Source of the DNA: Gemmatimonadota bacterium
Lineage (GTDB): Bacteria; Gemmatimonadota; Gemmatimonadetes; Gemmatimonadales; GWC2-71-9
Direction: 5' to 3'
Length of the DNA stretch: 64,000 bases
Assembly: GCA_016704275.1 (NCBI GenBank)
Contig: JADJAK010000003.1
Location: 42,122 to 106,121 of the forward strand
Part shown: positions 1 to 9,121 of the stretch, piece by piece
Layout of the letters: each line of letters opens with the position of its first letter
How positions within the stretch are numbered: position 1 is the stretch's first letter
The notes under the pieces: generated by a model
The model's input: the letters and a program-made list of their open reading frames with translations, nothing else
Database searches by the model: none
Told to the model about the DNA's origin: nothing
Made by a program: the position numbers and the translations under genes

Positions 1-789
1 ACGCTGCTCTGCGCGGCGTTGCTGGGGGCGATCGTCTGGAACCTGCTGACGTGGTGGCTGGGACTCCCCTCCTCGTCGTCCCACGCACTGCTGGGCGGCT
101 TCGCGGGGGCGGCGCTGGCCAAGGCCGGCCCGAGCTCGATCATCCTCGCCGGCTGGATCAAGCCGATCGTCGGAATCGTCCTGTCACCGCTGCTCGGAAT
201 GACGCTCGGATTGTTGCTGTCGGTGACCTTCTCGTGGGCGCTCTGGAAGCGGGACGCCCGCACGCTCGACCGCTTCTTCCGACGCGCCCAGCTCGTCTCG
301 GCCGGCTTCTACTCGCTCGCCCACGGCTCGAACGATGCCCAGAAGACGATGGGCATCATCGTCGGCCTGCTGGTCGCCTCGCAGTCGCTCTTCGTCGGCG
401 AGACCGGCCTGCTGCACCACTTCTACCTGCCGACGGCCGATCACGTCCCGCTCTGGGTCGAGATGGCCGCCTATTCGGCAATTGCGGCCGGCACCGCCAT
501 GGGTGGCTGGCGCATCGTGAAGACGATGGGCAGTGGGATCACCAAGCTGCAGCCCTTCGGCGGCTTCTGCGCCGAGACCGGTGGTGCCATCACCGTCCTG
601 CTGGCCTCGTCGCTCGGCGTCCCGGTGAGCACGACGCACACCATCACCGGCGCGATCGTCGGCGTCGGCGCCTCGAAGCGCCTCGCCGCCGTCCGCTGGG
701 GCGTCGCGGGCCGGATCGTCTGGGCCTGGGTCCTGACCATCCCGTGCAGCGCCCTGGTGGCCGCGATCGTCTTCTGGGTCATCGGCTGA
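1..789 (+). CDS. Inorganic phosphate transporter, PiT (PHO4) family; C-terminal part, 5' end outside the window
   Basis: The frame is open from base 1 to TGA 787-789. The product is a multi-pass hydrophobic protein with the PiT signature GSNDAQKTMGII and a second STTHTITGAIVGVG repeat. Confidence 0.8.
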   Translation, partial: TLLCAALLGAIVWNLLTWWLGLPSSSSHALLGGFAGAALAKAGPSSIILAGWIKPIVGIVLSPLLGMTLGLLLSVTFSWALWKRDARTLDRFFRRAQLVSAGFYSLAHGSNDAQKTMGIIVGLLVASQSLFVGETGLLHHFYLPTADHVPLWVEMAAYSAIAAGTAMGGWRIVKTMGSGITKLQPFGGFCAETGGAITVLLASSLGVPVSTTHTITGAIVGVGASKRLAAVRWGVAGRIVWAWVLTIPCSALVAAIVFWVIG

Positions 790-899
790 CCAGCGTTCCG
801 GAGTAGCGCGGGGAACCACGCCCCGCGCTTGACCCACCTCGGGTGACGGTCGAAGTTTCCCGCCGCACCACGTCCCCGACCCGAGGCAGCCGCATCCGC

Positions 900-2000
900 A
901 TGGCCGAATCCAGCGTCACCACCGACCACACCCCGCCGGACGGCCTCACCCGCGAACAGCTGTTGGCGCTCTATCGCTGGATGCGCCTCACGCGCACCCT
1001 CGAGGAGCGCCTGGTCGCGCTCTATCGCCAGACCAAGGTGGTGGGCGGCCTCTTCCGCTCGCTCGGGCAGGAGGCGTGCGCCGTCGGCTCCGCCTTCGCC
1101 CTCGAGCGCCGTGACGTCCTCTCGCCGCTGATCCGCAATCTCGGCTCGATGCTCGTGAAGGGCGCGACGCCGGTCGAGATCCTCCGGCAGTACATGGCGA
1201 AGGGCGATTCGCCGACGCGTGGCCGCGAACTCAACATCCACTTCGGGGATGTCGAGGAGCGGCACTTCGTCGGCCAGATCTCCCACCTCGGCGACATGGT
1301 GCCGGTGATGGCCGGCGTGACGCTGACGTTCAAGCTGCGCGACGAGGACCGCGTCGGACTGGTGTACGTCGGGGACGGCGCGACCAGCACCGGTGCCTTC
1401 CACGAAGGGATCAACTTCGCGGCGGTGCAGCGCTGCCCGCTGATCGTGGTGGTCGAGAACAACGGCTACGCCTATTCGACGCCGACCTGCCGGCAGACGG
1501 CGGCGGCACAGTTCGTCGACAAGGCGATCGGCTACGGGATTCCGGGCGTGCGCTGCGACGGCAACGATGTGCTCGAGGTCTACCGCGTGACGCGCGACGC
1601 CGTCGCGCGCGCGCGCAGTGGCGGGGGCGTCACGCTGCTCGAGTTGTTGACCTATCGCCGGAAGGGGCATGCCGAGCATGACAACCAGAGTTACGTCGCG
1701 CCGGGCGAGGTCGAGCACTGGGCGGCGACGAACGATCCGATCGATCGCTACATCGTGCGGCTGACGAGCGAATTCGGCTTCACCGCCGCCGACTTGGCTG
1801 AAGTCGACGCCGCCGTGGCGCTCGAGGTCGACACCGCGACGGACCTGGCGGAGCAATCGCCGGCGTGCGACGGGCCCGACGCGCTGGTGGGTGTCTACGC
1901 CGACCCGCCGCGGATGCCATCGCTCTGGTTCCGCGATGGGGTCGGGAGCGCGGTCGATGCGCACGAACGCCCCGCGGGCTGGGGGACGCACGATGGCTGA
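900..2000 (+). CDS. 2-oxoacid (pyruvate/branched-chain) dehydrogenase E1 component, alpha subunit (TPP-dependent)
   Basis: ATG 900 (GTG 843 is an alternative start). Motifs: LTRTLEERLVALYRQ, GDGATSTGAFHEGINFAAV, VVENNGYAYSTP. The stop overlaps the start of E1 beta. Confidence 0.85.
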   Translation: MAESSVTTDHTPPDGLTREQLLALYRWMRLTRTLEERLVALYRQTKVVGGLFRSLGQEACAVGSAFALERRDVLSPLIRNLGSMLVKGATPVEILRQYMAKGDSPTRGRELNIHFGDVEERHFVGQISHLGDMVPVMAGVTLTFKLRDEDRVGLVYVGDGATSTGAFHEGINFAAVQRCPLIVVVENNGYAYSTPTCRQTAAAQFVDKAIGYGIPGVRCDGNDVLEVYRVTRDAVARARSGGGVTLLELLTYRRKGHAEHDNQSYVAPGEVEHWAATNDPIDRYIVRLTSEFGFTAADLAEVDAAVALEVDTATDLAEQSPACDGPDALVGVYADPPRMPSLWFRDGVGSAVDAHERPAGWGTHDG

Positions 2001-2970
2001 GATCACTTTCCTCGAGGCCATTCGCGAGGGGATCGCCGAGGAGATGGAGCGCGATCCGTCGGTCTTCCTCCTCGGGGAGGACATCGGCGGCTTCGGCGGT
2101 GCGTTCAAGGTGACCGACGGGCTGCAGGCGCGCTTCGGTGAGAAGCGCGTCATCGACACGCCGATCTCCGAGGCGGGGATCGTCGGGGCGGCGGCCGGCG
2201 CAGCCCACTACGGCATGCGGCCGGTGGTGGAGATGCAGTTCATCGACTTCATCTCCTGCGCCTACGACATGCTCACCAACTACGTCGCGACGGCGCGCTA
2301 TCGCGCCTTCCTGCCGTGCCCGATGGTGGTCCGCGGTCCGTCCGGCGGGTACGTCCGCGGCGGCCCGTTCCACTCGCAGAACCCGGAAGCGGCGTTTCTC
2401 CACACGCCGGGGCTCAAGATCGCCTACCCGGCGACGGCCGAGGATGCCAAGGGGTTGATCAAGTCGGCGATCCGCGACGCCGACCCGGTACTCTTCTTCG
2501 AGCACAAGTACCTCTACCGGCGGATCAAGGGGACCATGCCCGCGGGCGACCACCTGGTCCCGTTCGGGAAGGCCCGAGTGGCCCGGGAAGGGAAGGATCT
2601 GACCATCGTGACCTATGCGGCCACGGTCTGGAAGGCGCTGGAGGCGGCCGAGCAGCTGGCGGCGGAGGATGGCCTCTCGGTGGAGGTGCTCGACCTCCGG
2701 ACCTTGCTTCCGATGGACCACGAGGCGATTGTCGCCTCGGTGAAGAAGACCAACCGCGTGCTGATCGTGCACGAGGACACCGTGACCGGCGGCGTGGCGG
2801 GCGAGATCACGGCGCAGATCAGTGAACGCTGCTTTGAATGGCTGGATGCACCGATCCGCCGCGTCGCGGCCCATGACGTGCCCCTGCCGTATGCGCCACC
2901 GCTGGAGGACTTCGTCCTCCCGCAGACATCGGACATCGTGCGCGCGAGCCGGTGGCTCGCCGCCTACTGA
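1993..2970 (+). CDS. 2-oxoacid dehydrogenase E1 component, beta subunit
   Basis: ATG 1993 lies within ATGGCTGA, overlapping the E1-alpha stop. [41 protein letters not shown] is a typical E1-beta N-terminus. Confidence 0.9.
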   Translation: MAEITFLEAIREGIAEEMERDPSVFLLGEDIGGFGGAFKVTDGLQARFGEKRVIDTPISEAGIVGAAAGAAHYGMRPVVEMQFIDFISCAYDMLTNYVATARYRAFLPCPMVVRGPSGGYVRGGPFHSQNPEAAFLHTPGLKIAYPATAEDAKGLIKSAIRDADPVLFFEHKYLYRRIKGTMPAGDHLVPFGKARVAREGKDLTIVTYAATVWKALEAAEQLAAEDGLSVEVLDLRTLLPMDHEAIVASVKKTNRVLIVHEDTVTGGVAGEITAQISERCFEWLDAPIRRVAAHDVPLPYAPPLEDFVLPQTSDIVRASRWLAAY

Positions 2971-2995
2971 AGACTGGACCAACGAGGGAGTCGGG

Positions 2996-4382
2996 ATGGC
3001 TCGCATTGACGTGATCATGCCCCAGATGGGTGAATCCATCACCGAAGGGACGATGTCGCGCTGGATCAAGCAGGTCGGCGACGCGGTGAAGCGGGATGAA
3101 CCGATCTTCGAGATCTCCACCGACAAGGTGGACGCCGAGATCCCTGCGCCGAACGCTGGCGTGTTGGTCGAGGTCCTCGTCACCGAAGGGCAGACCGTCT
3201 CGGTCGGCACCGTCGTGGCGCGCATCGACACCGAAGCCGCTGCCGGCGCCGTGGCCGCCGCGCCCCCGACGCCTGCGCCCGCTGCTGCGCCGGCGCCGGT
3301 CGCCGCCGCGCCGACGCCCGCTCCCGCACCGGCCCCCGCCGCACCGAAGCCCGCTCCCGCGCCGGCTGCTGCCGGTGCCGAGGAGACTGCGGAGCAGCGG
3401 CTGCAGCGGAAGTCGACGCCACTCGTCCGCAAGATGGTCGAGGAACATGGGCTCGACTTGACGCAGATCCCGGGCAGCGGCTCCGCCGGTCGCGTGACCA
3501 AGACGGACGTGCTCTCCTTCCTCGAGACCGGTGCGCCGGCCGCGCCCACTGCGCCGGCTGCCCAGGTGCCCGCCGCTGCCGCGCCCGCCGCTGCCGCGCC
3601 CGCCGCTGCCGCGCCCGCCCGCCGCGCCCGCCGCGCCGGCCGCCCCGCGCGCGCCGTCGCCCGCCGTCGAAGCCTGGGAAGGCGATCGGGTCGAACCGTG
3701 GGGGCGTGTCCGCAAGCTGACCGCCGATCACATGATCATGTCGCGTCGCGTCTCCGCGCACGTCAATTCGCTGATGGAGATCGACTACACCCACGTTGCC
3801 GGCATCCGGAAGCGGCTCAAGGGCGAGTTCGCCGAGCGTGGCGTCAACCTGACGTACCTCGCCTTCATCGTGAAGGCGATCGCCGACAACCTCCGCAAGC
3901 ACCCGGTGGTCAACGCCGCGATCTCGGGCGACAACACGATTTACCGCCGCGACATCAATGTCGGCATCGCCGTCGCACTCGACTGGGGCCTCATCGTCCC
4001 CGTGATCAAGCACGCCGACGAGCTCTCGCTGCTCGGCGTCGCCCGCTCGATCCAGGATCTCGCCGAGCGCGCTCGCACCAAGAAGCTCGCCCCGGACGAC
4101 ATCCAGAAGGGCACCTTCACCATCACCAATCCGGGTGGCTTCGGCACCTACGTCGGCACGCCGATCATCAACCAGCCGCAGGTGGCGATCCTCGCGGTCG
4201 GCGCGATCGAGAAGCGGCCCTCCGTGATCACCCTGCCCGATGGCAGCGATGCCCTCGGCATTCGCACCAAGGGGATGTGGTGCATGGCCTACGACCATCG
4301 CATCGTCGATGGGGCCGATGCCGATCGCTTCCTCGCCGACGTCCGCGCAACGCTGCACGCCTTCCCCGAGCAGCAGGGGTAG
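2996..4382 (+). CDS. Dihydrolipoamide acyltransferase (E2), interrupted by an apparent 1-nt frameshift in the Ala/Pro linker; possible pseudogene or sequence error
   Basis: ATG 2996 follows GAGGGAG. The lipoyl domain ([14 protein letters not shown]) and E3-binding domain ([30 protein letters not shown]) are in one frame. The catalytic domain, with the [10 protein letters not shown] active site, is in the +1 frame and ends at TAG 4380-4382. The frames meet near 3614-3625. Confidence 0.8.
3572..3616 (+). repeat. Perfect 3 x 15-bp tandem repeat (GCCGCTGCCGCGCCC) encoding (AAAAP)3 in the E2 linker
   Basis: Read directly: copies at 3572-3586, 3587-3601 and 3602-3616 are identical. The frame break follows immediately. 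Confidence 0.9.
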
Positions 4383-4384
4383 GC

Positions 4385-4702
4385 GTGCCTCGGGTGCTGA
4401 CGGCGGTGCGGGTGACCGTCGGTCCGGCGCAAGAGACCGAGTGGCTGGCGACGGTGCACGCGCTGGCCGCTCGGCTCGTCTCCCGAGGGATGCACCTCTG
4501 GGTCTTCCGCGCCCGCGACGAGGCTGGCGCCTTCCTCGAGTTCACCGAGGGCAAGGACGACGCACAGCACCGTCGACACGGTCCGGCCGACGCCGAGGAG
4601 GCGGGGCTGGAGCGGCGACTGCTTGAGCTCGCGCACTATCCCACCACGTCGGTGCCGGTCTGGGAAGAAGTTCCCACTCCATCGCCCGAAGCAAGGAGCT
4701 GA
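4385..4702 (+). CDS. Hypothetical protein (about 105 aa)
   Basis: GTG 4385 lies 3 nt after the E2 stop. Third-position GC is high and the sequence looks globular ([23 protein letters not shown]). It shares the frame of the E2 N-terminal part, so it could be a shadow ORF. Confidence 0.45.
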   Translation: MPRVLTAVRVTVGPAQETEWLATVHALAARLVSRGMHLWVFRARDEAGAFLEFTEGKDDAQHRRHGPADAEEAGLERRLLELAHYPTTSVPVWEEVPTPSPEARS

Positions 4703-4703
4703 G

Positions 4704-4970
4704 ATGGCCCGCCGCATCATCGACCCGCAGGGCACGGCTTGGCGCGTCGCCCTGAGTGGGCGCTCGACCATGTACGGTCGCGACGAACTCTCGCTCGAAT
4801 TCCGTCCGGTCGAATCGCCGACACAGGTGCGCTACTGCCGCTACTCGCCGCGCGGTGCCAAGGCGGGTGAGCTGGCGCTCGACGAGAGCACCGACCGCGA
4901 ACTGCTCGCCCTGCTCGCCTCGGCGCAGCCAGCGTGGACGTCGCCGGACGGGGACTACGGCCAGACGTGA
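4704..4970 (+). CDS. Hypothetical protein (88 aa)
   Basis: ATG 4704 is preceded by AAGGAG (4693-4698). The stop TGA 4968-4970 overlaps the GTG start of the next gene. Confidence 0.55.
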   Translation: MARRIIDPQGTAWRVALSGRSTMYGRDELSLEFRPVESPTQVRYCRYSPRGAKAGELALDESTDRELLALLASAQPAWTSPDGDYGQT

Positions 4971-5803
4971 TTGATCTCCACTGCCACTCCACGGCCTCCG
5001 ACGGGCATCTGGCGCCCGCCGAGGTCGTGAAGCACGCCGCCCGGGTCGGCCTCAGCGCCATGGCCCTGACGGACCACGACACGCTCGACGGTCTCGTCGA
5101 GGCAACCGCCGCCGGCGCCGAACTCGGCGTGCGCGTGGTGGGTGGCTGCGAGTTTTCCGTGGCCGCCACGTGGGGGGAGATGCACCTGCTCGGCTACTTC
5201 CTCGAGCCGGGCGACCGCGACATCGAACACTTCCTCGTGTCGGCGCGAACCGATCGCAGCCGGCGCGCGCGCGAGATGGTGACGCGCCTCGTGGGGCTCG
5301 GCGTGCGGATCGGCTACGACGACGTCGAGCGCGAGGCCGACGGCGGCGCGGTCGGGCGCCCGCACGTGGCGCGCGCGCTCCTCCGACTCGGCCTCGTGAC
5401 CACGGAGCAGCAGGCCTTCGACAAGTACCTCGGACGCGGCCGCCCCTGTTTCGTCGACAAGGCGCTCCCCACCCTCCGCGAAGTGGCCGATCTCGTCCAC
5501 GCGCGCGGGGGCATCGTGTCTGCCGCTCACCTGAAGTGGCACGGCACCAAGGTGACGCTGGCGGCGCTGCAGCTTGATGGGCTCGATGCCGTCGAGACGC
5601 GCCACCCCAGTCACGACGGTGAGACGCGCGCCACCATCACCGAGGCGGCGGCCGCGCTCGGCCTGGCGCGCAGTGGCGGCTCGGATTGGCACGGCGAGTT
5701 CGGCGCGGCGGCCGGTCATTCGATGCTCGGTGCGCAGGAAGTGCCGGACGAATGGCTCGACGAGCTCGAGGCCCGGCGACCGACTGGAGCACGCGCCGCG
5801 TGA
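4967..5803 (+). CDS. PHP-domain phosphoesterase (TrpH/YciV-like)
   Basis: The GTG 4967 start sits in a GTGA overlap. The N-terminus IDLHCHSTASDGHLAPAEVVKHAARVGLSAMALTDHDTLDG is the PHP metal-binding signature. Confidence 0.8.
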   Translation: MIDLHCHSTASDGHLAPAEVVKHAARVGLSAMALTDHDTLDGLVEATAAGAELGVRVVGGCEFSVAATWGEMHLLGYFLEPGDRDIEHFLVSARTDRSRRAREMVTRLVGLGVRIGYDDVEREADGGAVGRPHVARALLRLGLVTTEQQAFDKYLGRGRPCFVDKALPTLREVADLVHARGGIVSAAHLKWHGTKVTLAALQLDGLDAVETRHPSHDGETRATITEAAAALGLARSGGSDWHGEFGAAAGHSMLGAQEVPDEWLDELEARRPTGARAA

Positions 5804-6537
5804 GCACCGCGGCGCGGCGCGTTGCCCTGGTAACTGGCGGAGCGCGTCGTCTCGGCCGGGCCTTTGCCGAGGCACTCGCTGAGGATGGACTGGCGGTGGC
5901 GGTGCACTACGGTCGCGCGGCCGAGGAGGCCGAGGCCGTGGTCGCAGGGATCCGCCATGCGGGCGGGGAAGCGGAGGCCTTCGGCGCCGATCTGCGCGAT
6001 GCCGACGCGGCGAAGGCGCTGCCGGGTCGAGTGGTGGCACGGTTCGGCCGCCTCGATGTGCTGGTCAACTCCGCCGCCGAGATGGAGCGGCGCACCGTCG
6101 CCGAGACCACTGTTGAGGATTGGGATGCCACCATGGCGCTCAATCTCCGCGCGCCCTTCCTGGTCGCGCAGCAGGCCGCGCCCCACCTCAAGGCGACCCA
6201 GGGCCGCATCGTCAACATCGCCGACCTCAGTGGCTTCGAACCGTGGCGCAACTACGTGGCGCACTCGGTGAGCAAGGCGGGCGTGGTGATGCTCACCAAG
6301 GTGCTGGCCGTGGCGCTCGCCCCGGAGATCACGGTCAACGGCATTGCACCGGGGACTGTCCTCGTCCCCGACGACTACGACGATGCCCGGCGCACCTTCC
6401 TCAGCGAGACGACGCCGCTCGGCCGACTCGGTACCCCCGGCGACGCCGTCGCGGCGCTGCGCTATCTCGTGCACCACGCGCCGTTCGTCACCGGCGACAC
6501 GATCGTCGTCGACGGCGGCCGCCTCCTCAGGCGATGA
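5800..6537 (+). CDS. Short-chain dehydrogenase/reductase (pteridine-reductase/FolM-like SDR)
   Basis: GTG 5800 sits in a GTGA overlap. Contains the LVTGGARRLGRA Rossmann motif and the YVAHSVSKAG catalytic YxxxK. Confidence 0.8.
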   Translation: MSTAARRVALVTGGARRLGRAFAEALAEDGLAVAVHYGRAAEEAEAVVAGIRHAGGEAEAFGADLRDADAAKALPGRVVARFGRLDVLVNSAAEMERRTVAETTVEDWDATMALNLRAPFLVAQQAAPHLKATQGRIVNIADLSGFEPWRNYVAHSVSKAGVVMLTKVLAVALAPEITVNGIAPGTVLVPDDYDDARRTFLSETTPLGRLGTPGDAVAALRYLVHHAPFVTGDTIVVDGGRLLRR

Positions 6538-7271
6538 TCGCCCTCGGAGACGTCGCCATCATCGGTGGCGGCTGCTACGGCTCCTTCTACGCCACACAAC
6601 TTGCGAAGGCCCACGCCAAGGGCGCCGTCAGGTGGCGACGACTGCTGATCATTGATCGCGCCGCGGATTGCGCCATCGTCCCCACGCTCCCGACGATTCC
6701 GGCTGCCGAACTGGTCGTTTCCGAGTGGGGCGCCTTCCTCGACGCGTGGCTCGACGACTCCACGCGGCAAGACGACGATCAGATCGTTCCCTCGCCGTTG
6801 ATGCCGCACCTGCTCGCGCAGTGGCTCACGCGGCGCGCGGCCGAGGCGTGGCCGGAGCACAGTGTCAGCATGGTGAAGGTGGAGGCCGCCGTGGGCACGC
6901 CGTTCGACTGGCTGCACCCCGACGATGGCGTGCGGTATGTCTCCTTCGCCGATTGGCTCTGCCCGACCCACTGTGTCGAACCTGCGACCTGCCCGGTGAT
7001 CGCCGCGCCTCGCACCTGGGAGATGGGCGACGCGGTCGTGGCCTGGACCGAGGCGCGTCGTGCCGAGCGGCCCACCGCGGGCCCGGCGCTCTTCACCTGC
7101 CGCCACATGGTCCACGGGGTGGGGATGTACCGCGCACGCCTCGCCTTCGAAGGATTTCAGGCGCTGGCCACCCAGATGGCCGGGACGCCGGATGGCGCCG
7201 ACCTGGTCGTGGGGTCGGTGTCGGCGTGTCATGGGGCGGTGGGGGTGCTGCGGGTGACCAGTGACCAGTGA
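6534..7271 (+). CDS. Hypothetical protein with N-terminal dinucleotide-binding motif and a Cys-rich CPTHCVEPATCP segment
   Basis: ATG 6534 sits in an ATGA overlap. Contains an IIGGGCYGSFYA Rossmann-type motif. The last five codons (VTSDQ) and the stop lie inside heptamer repeat A. Confidence 0.6.
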   Translation: MIALGDVAIIGGGCYGSFYATQLAKAHAKGAVRWRRLLIIDRAADCAIVPTLPTIPAAELVVSEWGAFLDAWLDDSTRQDDDQIVPSPLMPHLLAQWLTRRAAEAWPEHSVSMVKVEAAVGTPFDWLHPDDGVRYVSFADWLCPTHCVEPATCPVIAAPRTWEMGDAVVAWTEARRAERPTAGPALFTCRHMVHGVGMYRARLAFEGFQALATQMAGTPDGADLVVGSVSACHGAVGVLRVTSDQ

Positions 7272-7349
7272 CCAGTGACCAGTGACCAGTGACCAGTGAG
7301 TTGTTCCTGGTTACCGGTCACAGGTTACTGGTTACTGGTTACTGGCTAC
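7254..7349. repeat. Heptamer-zipper hairpin A: 6 x GTGACCA, 12-nt loop, 6 x (T/C/A)GG(T/C)TAC-type inverted heptamers
   Basis: Read directly. The left arm is 7254-7295 and the right arm is 7308-7349. Most arm mismatches are G-U compatible in plus-strand RNA. Confidence 0.9.
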
Positions 7350-7429
7350 CTTCGGCCCCGGAACCCACCCCACCCCCCAATCGTTCTATATTCGCCACGC
7401 ACCATACGACCCCTTTTCCGGATCTCCGC

Positions 7430-8410
7430 ATGCGCACCGAAACTCTTGCCATCATCGGCTCAGGCCCTGCCGCCTGGACCGCCGCCATCTACGCGGCCCG
7501 CGCCAATCTTGACCCCGTGGTCTATGAGGGCGAGCCGTCGCGCGAGATGATCCCGGGTGGCCAGCTGATGTGGACCACGGACATCGACAACTTCCCCGGC
7601 TTCCACGAGGGCGTCGATGGCCAGGGATTGATGGAGCGGATGAAGGCGCAGGCGGTGCGCTTCGGCACGCGGGTCGTGAGCGAGAACATCGCGTCGGTCG
7701 ATTTTTCCCAGCGCCCGTTCACGCTGCGGCCCAGCTGGAGCGAGCCGGTGCAGGCCCAGGCGGTGATCGTGGCCACGGGCGCCCGCGCCATCTGGCTCGA
7801 CGTGCCCAACGAGTCGCGCCTGGCACAGAGCGGTGGCGGCGTCTCGGCGTGTGCCGTGTGCGACGGTGCCTTGCCGTTCTTCCGGAACAAGGTGCTCGCC
7901 GTCGTCGGCGGTGGCGACTCCGCGATGGAAGAGGCGACCTACCTCACCAAGTTCGCGCAGCAGGTGGTGATCATTCACCGGCGCGATTCCTTCCGGGCCT
8001 CGAAGGTGATGGCGGAGCGCGCGCTCAACCATCCGAAGATTCGCGTGGAGTGGAATTCGGAAGTCACCGCGGTCCTCGGTGATGACGAGATTACCGGCAT
8101 CATCGTGCGAGATACCATCTCGGGTGAGGAGCGGACCCTGGAGGTCGGCGGCCTCTTCGTCGCGATTGGCCACACGCCCAACACCGCCTTCCTCGACGGG
8201 CAGATCGCGACGACCCCGAAGGGATACATCCAGACGCCGGTCTCGTGGCGCACCGAGACCAACGTCGAGGGCGTCTTCGCAGCCGGCGATGTGATCGACG
8301 AGTACTACCGTCAGGCGATCACCTCGGCGGGCAGCGGCTGCATGGCGGCGCTCGAGGCGGAACGGTGGTTGGCGCACCATGGGCTCGAGCCCGTCGCCAC
8401 GCCAGCGTGA
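7430..8410 (+). CDS. trxB: Thioredoxin-disulfide reductase
   Basis: ATG 7430 ([27 protein letters not shown]). Contains the redox-active ACAVCDG motif and [15 protein letters not shown] motif. The ORF-track extension back to 7289 runs through the repeat. Confidence 0.9.
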   Translation: MRTETLAIIGSGPAAWTAAIYAARANLDPVVYEGEPSREMIPGGQLMWTTDIDNFPGFHEGVDGQGLMERMKAQAVRFGTRVVSENIASVDFSQRPFTLRPSWSEPVQAQAVIVATGARAIWLDVPNESRLAQSGGGVSACAVCDGALPFFRNKVLAVVGGGDSAMEEATYLTKFAQQVVIIHRRDSFRASKVMAERALNHPKIRVEWNSEVTAVLGDDEITGIIVRDTISGEERTLEVGGLFVAIGHTPNTAFLDGQIATTPKGYIQTPVSWRTETNVEGVFAAGDVIDEYYRQAITSAGSGCMAALEAERWLAHHGLEPVATPA

Positions 8411-9072
8411 TGGCCACCGCCGGGCTCGGCACGGCGTTGATCACCACCGGCGGCTTCGTGCAGAACTGCTGGTTGGTCTGGGACGAGTCGAGTCGCGAGG
8501 CGGTGGTCGTCGATCCGGGGGAGGGCAGTGACGAGATTCTCGCGGCGATCGCCGAGCGGAGTCTCGTCGTGCGAGGGATCTGGCTGACGCACGCGCACAT
8601 CGATCACATCCTCGGCGTGACGGCGCTCCGCGAGGCCACTGGGGCGCCGGTCTGGTTGCATCCCGCCGACCGCCGCTGGTACGACGCGCTCCCCGAGCAG
8701 GGCCGCTTCTTCGGCATCTCCGGGCTCGAGCCGCTGGCGCCTCCAGAACATGAGCTGGCCGAGGGCGACGAAGTCGCCGTTGGGGAGTATCGCTTCGTCG
8801 TGCGCCACGTCCCCGGCCACGCGCCGGGGCATGTCGCCTTCCTCGGCCATGGGGTCGCCATCGCAGGCGATGTCCTCTTCGTCGACTCGATCGGCCGAAC
8901 CGACCTGGCGGGTGGTGACCTCCCGACCCTGGTCCGGAGCATCGCCGAGGTCCTGCTGCCGCTTCCGGATGAGACCCGAGTCCTTCCCGGACACGGTCCC
9001 GAAACGACGATTGGCCGCGAGCGACGGCTGAATCCCTTCCTCGCCGTTCACCTTCCGTCGCTCTGCCCTTAA
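8410..9072 (+). CDS. MBL-fold metallo-hydrolase (glyoxalase II-like)
   Basis: ATG 8410 overlaps the trxB stop by 1 nt. Contains the THAHIDHILG zinc motif. Confidence 0.8.
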   Translation: MATAGLGTALITTGGFVQNCWLVWDESSREAVVVDPGEGSDEILAAIAERSLVVRGIWLTHAHIDHILGVTALREATGAPVWLHPADRRWYDALPEQGRFFGISGLEPLAPPEHELAEGDEVAVGEYRFVVRHVPGHAPGHVAFLGHGVAIAGDVLFVDSIGRTDLAGGDLPTLVRSIAEVLLPLPDETRVLPGHGPETTIGRERRLNPFLAVHLPSLCP

Positions 9073-9121
9073 GCTTCCCCCGGCCTCCGGGCCGGAACCT
9101 TTACCAGGACGCGACGCCCTC

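Noticed and set aside
471-2159. Long antisense ORFs opposite real genes (for example 471..2159-, 24690..28256-, 47426..50614-, 61068..63290-, 39873..42230-, 13090..14937-)
   Set aside because: Their translations are Arg/Ala/Gly/Pro-rich and low in complexity, with no recognisable motifs. They mirror well-supported genes on the other strand (E1, carB, secA, uvrB, wbp, moeB). These are typical shadow ORFs of DNA with about 70% GC.
2822-4702. Single 626-aa ORF spanning the E2 region and beyond
   Set aside because: After about 3617 this frame encodes an Arg-rich nonsense sequence, while the +1 frame encodes a perfect E2 catalytic domain. The first 58 codons lie within the E1-beta gene and the following spacer, upstream of the real start. 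It is treated as E2 with a frame break plus a possible separate small ORF at 4385-4702.
7254-7349. Heptamer arrays as a CRISPR array or as protein-coding repeats
   Set aside because: The units are 7 nt long with no spacers, so this is not CRISPR. ORF-track peptides through them (the N-terminal extensions of trxB from 7289, uvrB from 60990 and the phosphoesterase to 61004, and the [13 protein letters not shown]-type ORFs) are artefacts of translating the repeats.
9073-9121. Small hairpin CCGGCC-tccg-GGCCGG after the MBL hydrolase gene as a terminator
   Set aside because: The stem is only 6 bp with no U-tract. Such GC palindromes are expected by chance at this composition.
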